A DNA stretch of 46,327 bases. Source: a virus. Below the pieces are notes generated by a model. That model was not told the DNA's origin, did not search any database, and saw only the letters and a program-made list of their open reading frames with translations. Numbering within the stretch: the first letter of the stretch is position 1; each line of letters opens with the position of its first letter. The DNA lies in the IMG/VR virus record IMGVR_UViG_3300020152_000031, positions 1 through 46,327 of that record; one strand, written 5' to 3'. The position numbers and the translations under genes were made by a program. Shown piece by piece: positions 43,977 to 46,327 of the stretch.

Positions 43977-44942
43977 TTAGAAGCTCTCGTCGTCGTAGCC
44001 GTAGTCCCCAGCGTCATCGCTGCGACCTTCTGACCCGTTGAAGAACATACTGACTGATATACCCAGCTTGGTAGCTACGTTGCGCACGTCCTGCTGGTAC
44101 TGCGTGCGTATCTCTTCGAGCGCATCGCGGTCGGCTACCTTCTTGAAGATGACCTCGTTGATAGGCGCAAAGCCAAGTGTCGATGCCCACTGGAGGCGGT
44201 GACGGTAGGCGCTTGCCCAGCCAGAGCTCTGGAGGTACAGCGAGACTGCGGACAGAAGTTCCGGGATGCCCTTGTTCGCCTCAGCGCGGAACCCGTCAGC
44301 GTACCCACCAAGGCAAAGGTCGTCCCACTCGAAAGCGTCGCCGTTGCAACCCCAGTGTGCGTTCAGATGATGGTACAGTCCGGTCTCAGCGATGAAGTCC
44401 TTGAACTGGTCCTCATCAGCAAAGCGGATAGCCACTGCTCGTACGTTCTTGTCGTACCACATATCCTTGTTGGCGATTCCCGCAAGGCTGATACGAATGA
44501 AGTACTGCGGCATCTCTGCGTATGTGACCTCATCGAGCATGAACTCCTGGCGGCGTCCGTCTGATGTGTACGCGATGCCAGAGTAGAAAGGTGTCTTGAG
44601 CTGACCCTTGCGCGTGCGTACGGTCATGTACTCGCCCTGCACCGCAACAGTGTCGACCCATGGCATGCTTGCCACTCGTTCGAGGACGGCGCGCATGTCA
44701 TCTGCGGTCATCTCTCCTTCGGGCATCTTTGCTAGTTGCTCAAGCAAAGTATTCTTGCGCTCGGTGTAGCGCACTATCTCCTTCTGCAACGCCTCGATGG
44801 TAAGGTCCGTGTTCGCAATATGCGTCTCCACGTCCTTGCGCTCGCCGGAACGGGTATCGAGATACGCGAGCATGTTCTTCACTGCTGTATCCGATACCTT
44901 GATGGCTGCCTGCTTCACTTCTTTACCGTCTGGTTTTCTCAT
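43977..44942 (-). CDS. coiled-coil N-terminus plus an E2-like (UBC-like) Cys domain (putative)
   Basis: Beta-rich YFIRISL / AVAIRFA is followed by YHHLNAHWG...DDLCLGGYADGF, which resembles an HPN-like flap plus the L-C-L of E2 active sites. Confidence 0.4.
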   Translation of the reverse strand: MRKPDGKEVKQAAIKVSDTAVKNMLAYLDTRSGERKDVETHIANTDLTIEALQKEIVRYTERKNTLLEQLAKMPEGEMTADDMRAVLERVASMPWVDTVAVQGEYMTVRTRKGQLKTPFYSGIAYTSDGRRQEFMLDEVTYAEMPQYFIRISLAGIANKDMWYDKNVRAVAIRFADEDQFKDFIAETGLYHHLNAHWGCNGDAFEWDDLCLGGYADGFRAEANKGIPELLSAVSLYLQSSGWASAYRHRLQWASTLGFAPINEVIFKKVADRDALEEIRTQYQQDVRNVATKLGISVSMFFNGSEGRSDDAGDYGYDDESF

Positions 44943-45011
44943 TGTGTTTTCCAGTTATGACTAATCGAACCGATGGGAGCCCCCACGAGGGTGAGAGCTC
45001 CTACGGGCCTA

Positions 45012-45248
45012 CTAGCGGCTACCTGCCTGCTTAGGCGTGGTGAGCGCGAGCACGTCACCGTCATCAAGGAGGTTGTCCATCTCAGCGCGTACGCCGGAGA
45101 CGAAAATCTCGGTGCGGTCAGAGACCGGAACACCTGCCTTCTCGAGAGCCTCACGAACGGTTGAATCAACCGGGAGCGAGACCTCAATTTCCTCGGAACC
45201 GAGGCGAGAGACGATAACCTTGATAGATGATTCTGGGTTGCTACGCAT
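45012..45248 (-). CDS. ThiS/MoaD-like beta-grasp ubiquitin-like protein (putative), ending ...PKQAGSR
   Basis: 78 aa. IKVIVSRLGSEEIEVSLPVDSTVREALEKAGVP...IFVSGVRAEMDNLLDDGDVLAL matches the ThiS/MoaD pattern. It is the first gene of the cassette. Confidence 0.5.
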   Translation of the reverse strand: MRSNPESSIKVIVSRLGSEEIEVSLPVDSTVREALEKAGVPVSDRTEIFVSGVRAEMDNLLDDGDVLALTTPKQAGSR

Positions 45249-45278
45249 AATTGAATTGTGTTAGCTGTCTAATGGGAT

Positions 45279-45288
45279 GTGATATCAC
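45279..45288. promoter_or_regulatory. perfect 10-bp palindrome GTGATATCAC in the leader of the Ubl cassette, an operator candidate
   Basis: Read directly. It lies about 13-22 nt downstream of the -10 hexamer. Confidence 0.4.
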
Positions 45289-45300
45289 TCACATACAGGT

Positions 45301-45359
45301 ATACTATCACAACTTGTATACCTTCACAAGCGGGGTGTGTATAACCTACCTGTGGATAA
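45301..45359 (-). promoter_or_regulatory. Promoter of the Ubl cassette: box TTATCCACA (45351-45359), N21, TTGTGA (45324-45329), N17, TAGTAT (45301-45306). A 1-mismatch box lies at 45336-45344.
   Basis: Counted directly. The box abuts the TAG stop of 45360..45596. Confidence 0.6.
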
Positions 45360-45596
45360 CTATTTCCACTGAAAGGGGAACTTCTGCCGCTGCTTATCAA
45401 GCCACTCTAGGAAGCATGGGCCGTTGCAGAAGACCACTTTCATGTTGTCGCGCTCAGTCAGATACCTGAACTGTAGGTCGCCGTTCTCGTGCTCCACCTG
45501 CTCGCTTATAGAGCCGTGCAAGTGAATCTGGATGAATGGCTGGTCTGACCGGTCGACGAGGCGCTCGCAGTTGTCGCAGCTTTTTCGGAAAGCCAT
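45360..45596 (-). CDS. Cys-motif protein (CDNC...C...C), a paralog of 40701..41120
   Basis: SCDNCERLV...FIQIHLHGSI...VFCNGPCFLEWL. Confidence 0.55.
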   Translation of the reverse strand: MAFRKSCDNCERLVDRSDQPFIQIHLHGSISEQVEHENGDLQFRYLTERDNMKVVFCNGPCFLEWLDKQRQKFPFQWK

Positions 45597-45599
45597 ACG

Positions 45600-45950
45600 C
45601 TACGAGCTCTTTACTTTGTCGAAGTACTCGACGGGAAGGAACACCTGCGTGTAATGGTCCTTGGTGTCCTGTTTGAAGTGCATGATGATGCCCTTCTCGC
45701 GCCATACACGATTCTTCACCATGTAGAGCACACCAAGTTCTATGTCGTGGATATACACGCTTCCATCCTCGGGGAGCTCATTGAAGAGAATGTCATAGTC
45801 CATTCCCCACGAGCCGTTGTCACCAACTTTGTGGTAGAGGTGTCGAGACTGCTTTACGCGTTTCTTGAACACCTTGCCTACCAGCATGCCGATGATGACC
45901 CCGTTCTTCAGGCGTACCTCGCGTCGGTCTGGTCGTGCTCGCGAGGCCAT
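45600..45950 (-). CDS. hypothetical protein
   Basis: 116-aa ORF. The junction TAGCGTATGGC is repeated at both of its ends. Confidence 0.55.
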   Translation of the reverse strand: MASRARPDRREVRLKNGVIIGMLVGKVFKKRVKQSRHLYHKVGDNGSWGMDYDILFNELPEDGSVYIHDIELGVLYMVKNRVWREKGIIMHFKQDTKDHYTQVFLPVEYFDKVKSS

Positions 45951-45953
45951 ACG

Positions 45954-46327
45954 CTAGAAGGGAATATCCGCAGGGTCGAGCTCCTCCTCCGGGTAATCTG
46001 AAGCCGGAAGCGGCGCGTCAAACTCTTCTGCTAATGGGTCACGTGCTGGTGTCGCGACACCTGCTGCGCCCGTTGCTGCTGCGGGTGTAGCTGCACCTGG
46101 CGTTGCCGAACCAATGCGACGGATAACGACGTACCCGCCCTCGTCCTCGCCCACCTCGTATCCCTCTGGAAGAAGGTACATAGCACGGACGCGACGACCG
46201 CCCACGTTCATAGGCTCAATGTGGGTACGAAGTGTCTGACCCATCCACTGACGGCTATCTTCACCGAACGCCTCTATGAGCGCGTTGATGGTTGGCTTGT
46301 TGATGCGCACGTTGAGAGGCTCCGCAA
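45954..46327 (-). CDS. SSB-like protein, 3' portion. The ORF runs off the window end and continues in 128-281.
   Basis: A Gly/Ala/Pro/Thr-rich linker (ATPGAATPAAATGAAGVATP) is followed by an acidic tail ending EEELDPADIPF, like the bacterial SSB C-terminal DDDIPF tip. Confidence 0.6.
   Translation of the reverse strand, partial: AEPLNVRINKPTINALIEAFGEDSRQWMGQTLRTHIEPMNVGGRRVRAMYLLPEGYEVGEDEGGYVVIRRIGSATPGAATPAAATGAAGVATPARDPLAEEFDAPLPASDYPEEELDPADIPF
46201..46327. repeat. Terminal direct repeat, copy B, identical to 1-127
   Basis: Base-by-base comparison with the window start. Confidence 0.95.

Noticed and set aside
42933-45248. Interpreting the JAB and Ubl genes as the lambda-type tail-tip assembly pair (gpK JAB/NlpC plus gpI ubiquitin-like).
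   Set aside because: They lie on the opposite strand in the early block, more than 5 kb from any tail gene. An E1-like adenylating enzyme accompanies them, and the JAB protein has no NlpC/P60 motif that I can see.
3347-45359. Reading the ten DnaA boxes as a classical oriC-type cluster.
   Set aside because: Apart from the pair at 38383-38402, they are dispersed one per intergenic region at fixed promoter-relative positions. No adjacent AT-rich 13-mer-like unwinding element was evident. A transcriptional role fits better, and only the tandem pair is kept as an origin candidate.
1-46327. Search for CRISPR arrays, integrase/excisionase, CI-type lysogeny switch, transposases, toxin-antitoxin pairs and reverse transcriptase.
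   Set aside because: I noticed no spaced direct-repeat array and no recombinase, transposase or RT motifs (R..H..R..Y, DDE, YxDD) in any listed ORF. The only small DNA-binding proteins are an RHH protein and a Zn-ribbon/HTH protein. This is a by-eye search and is not exhaustive.

Overview
This window is a complete, self-closing tailed-phage genome of about 46.2 kb. Bases 1-127 are repeated exactly at 46201-46327, and an SSB-like gene ending in ...ADIPF is split by the window boundary.

Layout:
- The plus strand from 8617 to 38203 carries packaging, head, fibre, ejection and lysis genes. These are TerS, TerL, portal, scaffold-like proteins, a decoration-like protein, the major capsid protein, three fibre proteins, two large internal-virion-like proteins, a lytic transglycosylase, a Cys-peptidase endolysin and a holin. 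Two of the fibre proteins share a Gly-rich C-terminal module. One internal-virion-like protein has a zeta-toxin-like P-loop domain. I recognised no sheath, tube or clear tape measure, so the virion looks podovirus-like.
- The minus strand from 7566 down through the junction to about 38750 is the early/accessory block. It holds a PD-(D/E)XK nuclease, the SSB-like gene, a NinB-like protein, an RHH protein, a DUF3268-like Zn-finger protein and many unknowns.
- That block ends in an RNA island: tRNA-Gln, an initiator-like tRNA-Met, a tmRNA, a 165-nt structured spacer, tRNA-Asn and a tRNA-Trp-like element.
- A small plus-strand island at 3393-5272 carries a Zn-ribbon/HTH regulator, an HNH nuclease and RusA.

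Most notable observations:
1. 41770-45248 is a five-gene cassette: ThiS/MoaD-like Ubl, E2-like protein, JAMM/JAB protease, ThiF/E1-like enzyme, and a second membrane-anchored E2-like paralog. It has its own promoter and a palindromic operator. This is a complete ubiquitin-like conjugation set carried by a phage rather than a host.
2. The exact DnaA-box consensus TTATCCACA occurs 10 times, always intergenic. It is usually 12-21 nt upstream of a -35 hexamer and often abuts the preceding stop codon. I recognised no phage replication genes.
3. Gene expression appears independent of Shine-Dalgarno (SD) sites. First genes have TAnnnT-N6/7-ATG leaderless promoters, and downstream genes sit 0-5 nt after the preceding stop.
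4. A 400-nt structured non-coding segment with alternative terminator hairpins sits just before the capsid genes.

All homology calls come from motif recognition by eye and need profile or structure searches.
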